Positions 35,976 through 46,580 of a stretch of 46,580 nucleotides of DNA are shown in pieces. The translations under genes were made by a program, and so were the position numbers. The DNA lies in NCBI RefSeq assembly GCF_000281045.1, contig NW_008246091.1:492938-539517 (forward strand), written 5' to 3'. Below the pieces are notes generated by a model. It made no database searches, was not told the DNA's origin, and saw only the letters and a list, made by a program, of their open reading frames with translations. The stretch comes from Saprolegnia diclina VS20. Lineage: Eukaryota. Within the stretch, counting starts at the first letter, position 1. The number at the start of each line of letters is the position of its first letter.

Positions 35976-36512
35976 CTAGTTGACGTTTTGGCTTTGCTGT
36001 GCGAGCTTGAGCTGGTCGGCCGACTGGGACACGCTGTTCTTGTTGAGTTGATTTTGGTCCGACGCGGCCGCTTCCTTCACGCGGTTGTGGCTCTTCTTGA
36101 AGATGATGAGCTTTTCGTAAAAAATGTCGCTTTGGTCGGCTTTCTTCTCGGCCGACGTGCCCGCGTTGGCCTTGTTGAGCGAGTTGGCTTCGTTCCGAGC
36201 CGACGAGCTCGCGACGGCGCCGGCGTTCGCGTTGGCGCCACCAAACGGAGAAATGTTGGCGCCATAGCCGTAGCCGCCGAGGCCGTAGCCACCACCAGCG
36301 TAGCCACCGCCGCCGTACCCTTCTTGCCCTTGCGGCGTCCGCGTCGCGTGATCCTCCGTGTCCGACGTATCTTCGTGCAGGTGGCGCAACGCACGAACGA
36401 TGTGCTGTCGCTCGGGCGACGACGGCCAGTGCTTGATCGACTGCACAATCCATGGCGCAGCGTTGGCGAATGCAAGTGCAGTGAGAAGGACGCACGTCGA
36501 AGTGCGACGCAT
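35976..36512 (-). CDS. Small secreted protein (178 aa) with RxLR-like motif, Gly/Tyr-rich block and Asn/Gln/Ala-rich tail
   Basis: Intronless ORF with typical codon usage; signal peptide MRRTSTCVLLTALAFANA; RALR at aa 40-43 then EDTSDTED; GYGGGGYAGGGYGLGGYGYG. Confidence 0.8.
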   Translation of the reverse strand: MRRTSTCVLLTALAFANAAPWIVQSIKHWPSSPERQHIVRALRHLHEDTSDTEDHATRTPQGQEGYGGGGYAGGGYGLGGYGYGANISPFGGANANAGAVASSSARNEANSLNKANAGTSAEKKADQSDIFYEKLIIFKKSHNRVKEAAASDQNQLNKNSVSQSADQLKLAQQSQNVN

Positions 36513-36800
36513 GGTATCGACCGTAACGAGGTGAGCAAGCTGCAGAGTGACGTTGACTGAGGCGCTCGAGGGCGGCCATCGACACGCGCTCATTTTTTCT
36601 GTCCATTCTATAGTCTCGTCTCGCTCTCGACTAGTCAAGCGGCCTTTCTCTTAAATAGACCTCGCCTCTCGGTGGGTCGGGTCACTCGATGCTCGGTCGT
36701 TGACGCCGGCGTCGCTGCCAATCCTATCGTTTCAAGTTTGTATCAACTCGAAACGGTATCTTTGATTGGGGAATTGAGCACGATTAGAAAAGAACACTCT

Positions 36801-37861
36801 TTAAGATGGGGTCGACTGGCGGTCCAGCCACAGCACCAAGAGACGGTGCTGCTCTTTTTGGAGGCGGACAGCTTCGGCCGTCGCTGACCGCAAACTGTGC
36901 ACCGAGATGGCAAACTGCAGCATGACCGCGATAAAGACGCCGAGACAGATGAGGTTGGCCCACCGCATGTAGAGCAGCGACGCTTCTGGCGTCAACCCGG
37001 CGGGCTTGACAAGCTCCATAGGCTCCGAGATCGTCGTTGCCGGTGCGCCGGCAACCGGGTGGAGCTTGGCGTGGGCTTCGAGAGCTTTCTTGACCCAAAA
37101 CTGCATGATCTGCGCCGACTCGGTCTTGGCAAATCCTTCAATCTATCAAGTGCACTGTATCAATTTGCGATTGACTCGAGCGTTCACCGACCTGTCCTCT
37201 CAGCCACGTTGTTTTCGACCACTTAAGACGCATGCCACTCTCAACATGGCACTCGGTCGGACTGCGGTACGTGAAGACCCAGCGCGCTTCGGCGCGGAAG
37301 TAGTCGCAGTACGGTGCGTCCGAGACCGTCGATGTTGTGCTCACAATGAGCTGCGTGTCTTCTTCGTACACATAGCTATAAACATGACATGTTGTTGATT
37401 GCTCTGAGGATGACAAGCGAGGTACCGATGCACTTGAACCGTGGGAATCGAGCTTGGCCCAATGAAATTCTTCTTGTTGTGCGTAAAGCTCACACGGCGC
37501 TCGGCCATGAACGTCTCGGGCCGCTCGAACGCCGTGTACGTCACGGGCGATGTCGACCAGGCGCTGACGTCAATGTTGGTCTCGCGCACGAAGGTGAGGC
37601 AGTCGATTGTGAACTGCGGGTCGCGCCACAGCGTCTCAAAGACAAAGCGCAAGCTACGCCATGGCACGATCGAGCGGCAAACGTGCATGCACGTATGTAC
37701 CTGAGCGGCAACGCCTGCGTTAGCACCACGTCATACTCGTCGTAGAGCTGGTCGCGCGGCTTGGGCCCGGGCGCCGACACGGTGCGCACGAACGGCGCCG
37801 AGGCCGCGTCGGCGACTGCTGTCACCGGCACTGAGTACGTGCGTGGAAGGGACTTGGTCAT
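36801..37861 (-). CDS. VASt (StART-like lipid/sterol transfer) domain protein with C-terminal TM helix, multi-exon
   Basis: ETNIDVSAW, RRVSFTH..KNFIGP, VSDAPYCDYFRAEARW, KWSKTTWLRGQIE, then a hydrophobic helix LICLGVFIAVMLQFAI. Confidence 0.8.
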
Positions 37862-38911
37862 GGCGAGCGTCGGTCGAGCTGCGACTGCCAGGCGGACGCA
37901 ATATCTGGCAACTCCAACCGCCGTAACGGAAAAAGAGGGATTAGATAACACAACCGTGTTTGATTCCCGTTATCTAAGCTGCACGCAAGATTAGGAAAGG
38001 CCGATACGAAGTGCTTGGCGTCGTCAAAGCTGCAACGTCAACGGGCGGCTGAAGACCAGCCGAAATCGCCTCAAAACAAGCTCACCCGAGTCGGTCAAGT
38101 GCGCTGGATCTTTGGCTCGTGGTCGGTCGACGGGCAGTAGCACGTCCGAGCTGTCAACCTGTCTGGCACGACGCGGGCGTGGCAGCCATTACGTGATGCG
38201 GGTGACCATGGACTGATGGCCTCTTACCGGTCCATGGTGGTGGCGGTCTCCAACTCGCAGGCATCCGCCGCGCGGGTTAAATGCAACAGGCGCGATGGAG
38301 GCGGCTTCCGCGATCGCAGCAGTTGCTTGGTCGTCGAGATACGTGGCATCCTGAGACGTCAATCGAACGCAAGAACCGTCGGCGCGGCGTTCGAAGCGCT
38401 GCCTGGATCTGCACAACCAGGTGGCGCCACTGGCACACGTCGCGCTGGAAATCATTAATTGCCCTAAAAAGTACAACCGAGCTTTTTCCCACAACCGACC
38501 CATCGCAAAGTACTCCCGGAGCGTATTTATTCACTTGGGTCACTCGGAGACACTGCGAATGGCCTAAACACTCAGAGAAGCGCGAGAGAAGACCCGACGC
38601 CGTGCTGCATGGTCTGGCGCGGGGCGCCGTCTATGCAGGTGCTGGCGATTCTATTGAGATGCTTTTGAGTTTTTTTTCGGGAGATTCAGTTGGATTTTTA
38701 GCCAATCCAAAGCGCTCATTGCGGAATGCAGCGATAACATTGGCTGTTTTCATCCAATAAAAAGGCCCAACACGCGCCACGCTCAATGCTCGCCGCGTGT
38801 GACACACAACGGTGTAACGTACTGCATAAGGCAATGCAATTACAGCCTCTTTAGGGCCAGACCGCGGGTAGAAGCGCAGCTCGGACATCTCGACTACGCA
38901 CGCTCCAGTCT

Positions 38912-38921
38912 CTCATTTCCG
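38912..38921 (+). promoter_or_regulatory. Oomycete initiator (Inr)-like element
   Basis: ctcatttccg about 25 bp upstream of ATG 38941 matches the YCAYTYY initiator consensus. Confidence 0.35.
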
Positions 38922-38940
38922 CCAGCCTTCGCACCTCATC

Positions 38941-39525
38941 ATGAACCGCATGGACAGCCTTCGTTCGATGGCCACGAGCGCCGGGTCGATGGCGCGCACG
39001 ACGGCGTCGACCGCTGGCTCACTCGCGTCGTCGGCGATGCTCGGTGCCAAGGTTGCCGCGCCCGTCATCAAGGAGAAGGGCAAGTACGTGTGCACGCAGG
39101 CCGGCGTTGCCGCCTCCATGGGCAAGTCGACGCTCGAGAGCAAGCTCAAGAAGGTGCAAAAGTCATCGACGTACCAGAATCTCCGCCAACGCCTCCCGAC
39201 GTGGACGCCGGGCACCAAGGGCGGGGACGACGCTGGCGCGCAAAACTTTGCATCGACGGAAAAGGAGTACTTCAAGATGGACCCTGCCGCCGCCAAGCAG
39301 CAGATGCGCCGGTCCAAGTCCGAGCGCCGCACCTCGTCCAAGGATTCGGCCAAGCCGCGATCGCTCGCGCGCACGACGACGACGGTGGCCGAGGCCGCGC
39401 CCGTGGCCGCGCCGGCACCCGAGCCCAAGCCGGCCAAGACGTCGAGTCTCGTGAGCGAGCGCATGAAGGCGTTCGAGGTCAAGCCTATCTCGGTGCGGAA
39501 AACGAGCACCGAAATCGCCTTCTAG
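38941..39525 (+). CDS. Hypothetical basic, low-complexity protein (194 aa), intronless
   Basis: ATG-to-TAG ORF with strong GC3/AAG codon bias and AT-rich 3' flank; no family recognised. Confidence 0.7.
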   Translation: MNRMDSLRSMATSAGSMARTTASTAGSLASSAMLGAKVAAPVIKEKGKYVCTQAGVAASMGKSTLESKLKKVQKSSTYQNLRQRLPTWTPGTKGGDDAGAQNFASTEKEYFKMDPAAAKQQMRRSKSERRTSSKDSAKPRSLARTTTTVAEAAPVAAPAPEPKPAKTSSLVSERMKAFEVKPISVRKTSTEIAF

Positions 39526-39899
39526 ACGCCTCGTCGTTGTATGTTTGTATCTCCGTTCACTATTTACACGATCCTACTTCTCAAATTTCTGTTGCATTTT
39601 GCATGCCACTCCCTTGAAGTTACGCTCCTTGGTGCTACCGGTAGTTGGACCGCATGTAGATCACTGTGCCAAGCCCATGACAGGTATGTGTCACGCATTC
39701 AAACTGTCAGTCAGAGCGTCCAGTGAGTGACACGTTCTCGGCTCCTACGGCCACGCCAAAAGCAGAATACAGGCGCTGCTTCGACCGAGCTTCGGCTTGA
39801 ACCTGTCCTAACCTCTGACGTGGCAGCACCGCGTGCGTGTACGGTGGCGTCTATTTTTAGATCCAAGTGTTCTGGCGTCCGTCGATCGGAGGTTGCAAG

Positions 39900-42101
39900 A
39901 TGCCATCGGCCACAACGATCACGCTGCACGTCGTGCTGCCCAAGGGCGGGCGCGAAGAGCTGGTCGTCGGCCACGACGAGTCGGTGCGCGTTCTCAAGCA
40001 GCTCCTCATGGCGCGGACCGGCCTCGCCCCGGACGAGCAAACGTACGAGCGTCTTCGCCCCCTTTGAGATTGCGACTCTTTGTTCTTATAGGCTGTACTT
40101 CAAGGGCATGCTACTCGACGACGACGTGGTGCTGTCCTTTTACGATATTGCGGATGGCTACACACTGCGCCTTGGTCGGACGCGCGGCCGGTCGCACCTC
40201 GTGTCGACGCTGCACGTGCGCACACTGAAGGCTCATCCACCTGTGGCGCTGCGCGGGCTCAAGAGCTGGCGCGCCGTCGTGCGCAGTGTCCAGTGGATCG
40301 TCTGTCTCTGGCGGGCGTCAACTAGTCGCCGCGGTACGAGCGTTGAGTTAGTGCTTTAACGACTCAACGGTAGTAGGGACCTGCCGAAAACTATCGATGC
40401 GTCCTCATGTCGAGCACGGATTTTCCTACGACGTGTCGCCAGCATCGCAGACTTCGCTGACCGCCGGCGCGTACCAAGCGCTCCTTCGAGCCCCGCACGA
40501 ACGGGACGTCAACGACGCCTTGGCCTTGACACACTGGCTGCTCTCGCTCGGTAAATGTACACCGTACTTGATTGCCGAGTGCATCTCCTCGCATGGTATC
40601 TACGATCACTCTTGCGACGACACGCATCTAACATATCTGTTGCAATAGACGTGACGCTGTCGATGGAGCTGCGCACGTGCGCGGCCGGTGACTGTGTGTT
40701 TAAGCAAGACGACGTCGGGGACTGCCTCTACATCGTCTTGCACGGTAGAACCCTCGCATCTACGCATACCACCTACACTGCGTTGTAGGCTCGATCACGA
40801 TGGCCATGCACGGCTTTGGCTGCATCGGCCGCTTTGGGCCAGGTACCTTGTTTGGTGACGGCGCGACGCCGGCGATCGCCGCCGACGGCCTCCTGCATCG
40901 GACCGCGACGGCCCTCATCGACTACGATGCGATTGTGACCCAGATTGCCGTGCTTCGCCCGGTACAACTGCCACTTTTGACAAAATTTCGAAGCACGGGA
41001 AGCGTAGACCCCTGCGGTTGCAGTGCTCCGGCACCAATTGCACAACATGCTGCGCGTCAAGCTCAATTATTTGCACAATATTGCCTATTTTCGCGACTTT
41101 TCGCGCGCGAGCATGGTGCGGCTCGCCTACAGCTGCACGTACACGGCGTTCACGGCCAAGACGCCGCTCGTGGCCCAAGGCGACCCGATTCCCGCGCTCT
41201 TCCTCCTCGTCGCCGGCACGCTCACGACGATCACGCATCTGCCCAACGCGGTATGGATTTCTTATTGTGGAAGTTTCAATCTTATCGCTGCCATATACCA
41301 GACGACCAAGGTGCTCGATATGCTGGAAGCACCGCAGCTGTGCGGCGAAGAACACTGCGCGGGCAAGACTTGGTCCAGCGTCACCGTGCTGGCCATGCCG
41401 GGTGCTGTTGTCCTTGCGGTGCCGCTCCCCCTNNNNNNNNNNNNNNNNNNNNNNNNNNNNNNNNNNNNNNNNNNNNNNNNNNNNNNNNNNNNNNNNNNNN
41501 NNNNNNNNNNNNNNNNNNNNNNNNNNNNNNNNNNNNNNNNNNNNNNNNNNNNNNNNNNNNNNNNNNNNNNNNNNNNNNNNNNNNNNNNNNNNNNNNNNNN
41601 NNNNNNNNNNNNNNNNNNNNNNNNNNNNNNNNNNNNNNNNNNNNNNNNNNNNNNNNNNNNNNNNNNNNNNNNNNNNNNNNNNNNNNNNNNNNNNNNNNNN
41701 NNNNNNNNNNNNNNNNNNNNNNNNNNNNNNNNNNNNNNNNNNNNNNNNNNNNNNNNNNNNNNNNNNNNNNNNNNNNNNNNNNNNNNNNNNNNNNNNNNNN
41801 NNNNNNNNNNNNNNNNNNNNNNNNNNNNNNNNNNNNNNNNNNNNNNNTTTTCGCACGTAGCAATGCGCACCAACCGATGTCTCACGTCCGTATGCTGGAC
41901 TGCGCCCGAGTCCCCGCATGCGACGCCTCCAGGCACTGCATCACTTTCAAGGTACGAGGTCGGCATCGTATTGTCCACAGGTTATAAGACAATTTGTACA
42001 TAGATGTCCAATTCCGCGACAACCGAGAAGCCAAGAAACGCAGCGAGTCGGCCTTTCCGTCGACGCACAAGACGCTCTCGATGCCGTTCTTAACGCCATA
42101 A
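39900..42101 (+). CDS. Ubiquitin-like domain + two cyclic-nucleotide-binding-like domains, multi-exon, interrupted by an assembly gap
   Basis: ITLHVVLPKGG...SVRVLKQLL..RTGLAPDEQ-RLYFKGMLLDDD..LSFYDIADGYTL (UBL); VFKQDDVGDCLYIVLHG...GTLFGD...RTATA and LVAQGDPIPALFLLVAG...LCGE (cNMP). The 3' exon ending SMPFLTP is inferred across the gap. Confidence 0.72.
41433..41847. other. Assembly gap (415 N)
   Basis: Run of N. Confidence 1.
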
Positions 42102-42122
42102 GTGAAGCATTGCCCGGTTGTT

Positions 42123-43171
42123 TTACGGCACACCACTTTGCCATGTGAACGTCGCGACGACCACCGTGATGTTGTCGGTGCTCCGGCGATGCGCTTTGGC
42201 GAGCTGCATGAGGGCGTGGCTAGCGGTGGTTGCCGATGTCATGCCGTGCACATGCGCGTGCACAGCCTTGTTGGTCACCATGGCCCACAGCCCATCCGAG
42301 GCCAGTACCACCATCGTCTAGTCCATTGGCCATGCCATATTATCCCATTTGGATCATACTATAGCGAGACATACGTGAGCAGGGTGGAGCTCGACGACTG
42401 TACACTCGGCGATGGCACGGACAACGCCGACTTGCTTGCAGTCGAGGTCCCCAATCACTTGCGTGCACACGACGCCGCCAGGATACACGCGCAACGGTCG
42501 GCCCACGACCCCGGCTTGCCACGCGTCGTGGATCTAGGATAGTACCATTTCCATGCATGCAATCGATTTGCATGGTTGAGACGAGGCGGTACCTCTCGGC
42601 ACCACCGACGCCAGAGCGGCAACTCCGACGTTGGCGCCCGGTACGTATTGCGGAACGCTACGAACCCGCCGTTGTCGTAGACCAGGGGTTGCTGGTCGGC
42701 GCGCGACGCCGTTTGGTCGCGCGAGAGCGGCTCCCAACGCTGGTGACTCATCAAGACGGCGCGCGAGTCGCCGAGGTTGGCGCACACAAGCGTTGGCGAC
42801 GCATCCCCGTCAAATTGCTCGAGCACGACAACAATCGCGGTGGAGCCATCGATTGCACCGCCGTGACGCCGCGCGAGCTCCAAAAAAGCAGCGTCGAGCC
42901 GCCGCAGCGTCGAGGCGAGTGCGTCCGACGTGCTCTGGCCGTACTGCGGGTCCTGGACCAAGTACGAAAGTAGGTGGGTCTTAAGAAAAGTTGCGGCGCG
43001 GACGCCACCGTGGCCGTCAAAGACAGCAAAGAGCGACCGACGACGTGCAATGTCACAAGGGGTACGCAGCGGCAGGTCGAGTGCAATGCAAAACTCGTCT
43101 TCGTTGTCCTTGCGAGTATTGCCAATGTCCGTAGTAGCGTAAGCGTCGACCACCGTCAACGCCGGCTGCAT
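42123..43171 (-). CDS. PP2C-family protein phosphatase, copy A (3 exons)
   Basis: RKDNED, FAVFDGHGG, DGSTA, ANLGDSRA, VIGD, VLASDGLW, STDNITVVV. Start taken at MQPALTV. Confidence 0.8.
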
Positions 43172-43270
43172 GTCGTATTTTAATCTCTGGCGCGGCCTAA
43201 GACGTTTTATATATTCGTGAAACCTCACTTGGTTCGGCGTCGACGTGGCGAGTGGGTCCCATTGGCTGGC

Positions 43271-43370
43271 NNNNNNNNNNNNNNNNNNNNNNNNNNNNNN
43301 NNNNNNNNNNNNNNNNNNNNNNNNNNNNNNNNNNNNNNNNNNNNNNNNNNNNNNNNNNNNNNNNNNNNNN
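43271..43370. other. Assembly gap (100 N, typical unknown-size placeholder)
   Basis: Run of N. Confidence 1.
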
Positions 43371-43481
43371 TTCCGCGACAACCGAGAAGCCAAGAAACGC
43401 AGCGAGTCGGCCTTTCCGTCGACGCACAAGACGCTCTCGATGCCGTTCTTAACGCCATAAGTGAAGCATTGCACGGTTGTT

Positions 43482-44530
43482 TTACGGCACACCACTTTGC
43501 CATGTGAACGTCGCGACGACCACCGTGATGTTGTCGGTGCTCCGGCGATGCGCTTTGGCGAGCTGCATGAGGGCGTGGCTAGCGGTGGTTGCCGATGTCA
43601 TGCCGTGCACATGCGCGTGCACAGCCTTGTTGGTCACCATGGCCCACAGCCCATCCGAGGCCAGTACCACCATCGTCTAGTCCATTGGCCATGCCATATT
43701 ATCCCATTTGGATCATACTATAGCGAGACATACGTGAGCAGGGTGGAGCTCGACGACTGTACACTCGGCGATGGCACGGACAACGCCGACTTGCTTGCAG
43801 TCGAGGTCCCCAATCACTTGCGTGCACACGACGCCGCCAGGATACACGCGCAACGGTCGGCCCACGACCCCGGCTTGCCACGCGTCGTGGATCTAGGATA
43901 GTACCATTTCCATGCATGCAATCGATTTGCATGGTTGAGACGAGGCGGTACCTCTCGGCACCACCGACGCCAGAGCGGCAACTCCGACGTTGGCGCCCGG
44001 TACGTATTGCGGAACGCTACGAACCCGCCGTTGTCGTAGACCAGGGGTTGCTGGTCGGCGCGCGACGCCGTTTGGTCGCGCGAGAGCGGCTCCCAACGCT
44101 GGTGACTCATCAAGACGGCGCGCGAGTCGCCGAGGTTGGCGCACACAAGCGTTGGCGACGCATCCCCGTCAAATTGCTCGAGCACGACAACAATCGCGGT
44201 GGAGCCATCGATTGCACCGCCGTGACGCCGCGCGAGCTCCAAAAAAGCAGCGTCGAGCCGCCGCAGCGTCGAGGCGAGTGCGTCCGACGTGCTCTGGCCG
44301 TACTGCGGGTCCTGGACCAAGTACGAAAGTAGGTGGGTCTTAAGAAAAGTTGCGGCGCGGACGCCACCGTGGCCGTCAAAGACAGCAAAGAGCGACCGAC
44401 GACGTGCAATGTCACAAGGGGTACGCAGCGGCAGGTCGAGTGCAATGCAAAACTCGTCTTCGTTGTCCTTGCGAGTATTGCCAATGTCCGTAGTAGCGTA
44501 AGCGTCGACCACCGTCAACGCCGGCTGCAT
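43482..44530 (-). CDS. PP2C-family protein phosphatase, copy B (same protein as copy A)
   Basis: Same motifs and translation as copy A in the ORF track. Confidence 0.82.
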
Positions 44531-46485
44531 GTCGTATTTTAATCTCTGGCGCGGCCTAAGACGTTTTATATATTCGTGAAACCTCACTTGGTTCGGCGTC
44601 GACGTGGCGAGTGGGTCCCATTGGCTGGCTTTGGCTCATCAGGAGGAAACGAGCTTGCTCTCAGAGATAACACGCGTGTGGGAAGATCGATCGTTCAATA
44701 CAGTGTAGTCCAACAACACGGATGAAATGATAACCAACGAATCCACACATGGCAAAAACAAATGAATCAACACTGTGGGGTGGATGCAAACTGGTTGTGC
44801 GAATAGTTTCTGCGGGGACATGCAGTAAGTGTCGACGGCGCAGAGTTGGTCTTTTCTTTCAGGTCGGTGAAAACTCGACTTTCAGTCCACACTGCTAATT
44901 TGCTAGTCGAGTCTTGGACTCCGCTGGGCGATTCCCAGTATCGGTAGCCGCCTTCAAAGCGGCCACTCTGAGCGAGACGCATTTGTCGTTTCGTCTTGTA
45001 AATTTCGGACAACTTGTCTTTTTTACCAGCCGTGAAAAGAAAGCCATGCACCCTTGGAGATTGAGCGCTGCAAAATACTCGTTTACACCACGGAAGGATC
45101 CGTCGACATCAAGGATCTTCCGGCACTTGCCCGTCGTGCCAAATTATTAAGTGTTGCAAGTTTTGTCACTCTAGTTCAATTCTTACATTATTTTATTCAC
45201 TTTTATTGTCGGTTCCACATGAATCACATATGAAAGGGTATGCACTCTGCCAGTGTCTTCGCGATGCTGCGAACCACGATTCGGATGCCCAATTCGATGC
45301 AAGACAATATTATGTTTCAAACGTATTAGAAACCAACTTCTCGACTGCTCGCCAAGATTCACAGCAGTTTTCAAATGGCACCTTGTCCAGCATGCCGAAA
45401 AAGAAGGCGTCGGCCAGCACAACGACAGCGCCGAAAGGTTCGCCCCTTGTCCGCTCAAGTAACACGGCGCCATTATAAATGTGTAGGGTACCGCTCTAGC
45501 AAGCGCTCGAGCCAAGCCTGCCGAGTCGTCCGAAGGAGTCCCTGAACCGGCTCAACCGAGTACCGAAACCAAGCGTCGAAGCACGCGTGGCCGTCTCAAG
45601 CGCAAGGCATCGGTCGACATGCCAGAAAATGCCAGTCCATCGACATCGATCAAGTACGAGGACACTATGATCTTGGTCTCCAAGATCTGAGCCAATTTGT
45701 GTAGCAAGCCGGCGAAGAAACAAGCTACAAAAAGCACCAGCCACCAAGACGACGACGGTGCAACAGGCGCCTCCGAGGTACGAATAGTCCTGTAATGTAC
45801 GTTGTACAATATGTCATGAGCCGTAGCCGGCAAACGAAGGACAACTCGCAAAGTGGTAGCGGCAGTGCCGACTCCGATGACGATCGCGGCTGCGTATATC
45901 CAACCGTGTTCCGGTACGTCAAGCCCCTCTCGCCGCTCTCCCGCGCGCAATTGTCGTCGTCGGTCGACGACGACAGTGGTAGTGCGATTGCTTTGGTTGT
46001 GGGATTTTGCATACGTTTGTCGTAGGAAGCGAAAGTTCCGTGTACTTTCTGGACAGCGAAGAAGACGAGTTATCCGATGACGATGGGGGATGGGGTCTCG
46101 ACCCTCTCGACCGCGCTCAAAGGTGAGAGCTATGAACGCGTGCGCAGACTCACTAAACATTGCGACACGCGTTTTCGTGTATTTGAGTATTCTTGTCGCC
46201 AGACGTTTGATACATATGAAGCGTCAGAGCTAGAAATGTGAGAGGACATCTGCCAGTGCATGGACGGTGATGAGCGATGTTGTCGGATCACATATGTTGG
46301 GGATCCTACAGCTTTGTAGTCGGAGCAATATGTTTTCTTTTGCCAGAATAATATACTTTTCACACTCGTTGAAGCCAGCGCTATGCACTCATTGATGCCA
46401 TCTTGATGGGAAAGCCATGTACAAAACCGGTGTACGCGTCATTGGTAGTAGTACAAGGCCGTTCCATATTATAGCGACCGCAGTC

Positions 46486-46497
46486 GATGGATAGATG

Positions 46498-46580
<83 letters not shown>
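46486..46580. repeat. (GATA)n microsatellite running to the window end
   Basis: gatggatagatgg followed by at least 20 perfect GATA units. Confidence 0.98.

Larger units (their letters stand above)
42012..44629. repeat. Near-exact 1259-bp direct duplication (42012-43270 and 43371-44629) on either side of a 100-N gap
   Basis: Offset 1359 bp; the only difference I noticed is C42114 versus A43473. Confidence 0.92.

Noticed and set aside
38000..38560. Possible decayed LRR fragment on the minus strand (LRSIDVSGC / YLDDQATAAIAEA across frames)
   Set aside because: Only one repeat-like unit pieced from two frames; too weak to call.

Overview
Gene-dense eukaryotic DNA with high GC3 coding exons and many short (about 40-70 bp) GT-AG introns. 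Gene content and style point to an oomycete, probably Saprolegniales; this is inference, not a database result. About 19 protein-coding loci are readable: two tandem intronless prokaryote-type TRIC/UPF0126 membrane proteins, glucosidase II beta-like (HDEL), an RNI-like LRR pseudogene facing an intact relative, a YVH1/DUSP12-like phosphatase, a large CH-domain protein, a sedoheptulokinase-like FGGY kinase, a secreted class 3 lipase, a 2OG-Fe(II) oxygenase, an RGG-CCCH-WD40 protein, a TMEM8/DUF3522 protein, a class II HDAC with a RanBP2-like zinc finger, an atypical SDR, a small secreted RxLR-like Gly/Tyr-rich protein, a VASt protein, a UBL-cNMP-binding fusion, two hypotheticals and a PP2C. The PP2C is present twice around a 100-N gap, most likely an assembly artefact. 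Non-coding features are several short tandem repeats, an 87-bp inverted repeat, a probable decayed LINE fragment and a terminal (GATA)n tract. I found no tRNA, rRNA or CRISPR array and no clear multi-gene novel system. The best leads are the TRIC/UPF0126 pair with unrelated N-termini, the RxLR-like secreted protein, the UBL-cNMP fusion and the Tyr-less SDR. Exon boundaries were read by eye and are approximate.
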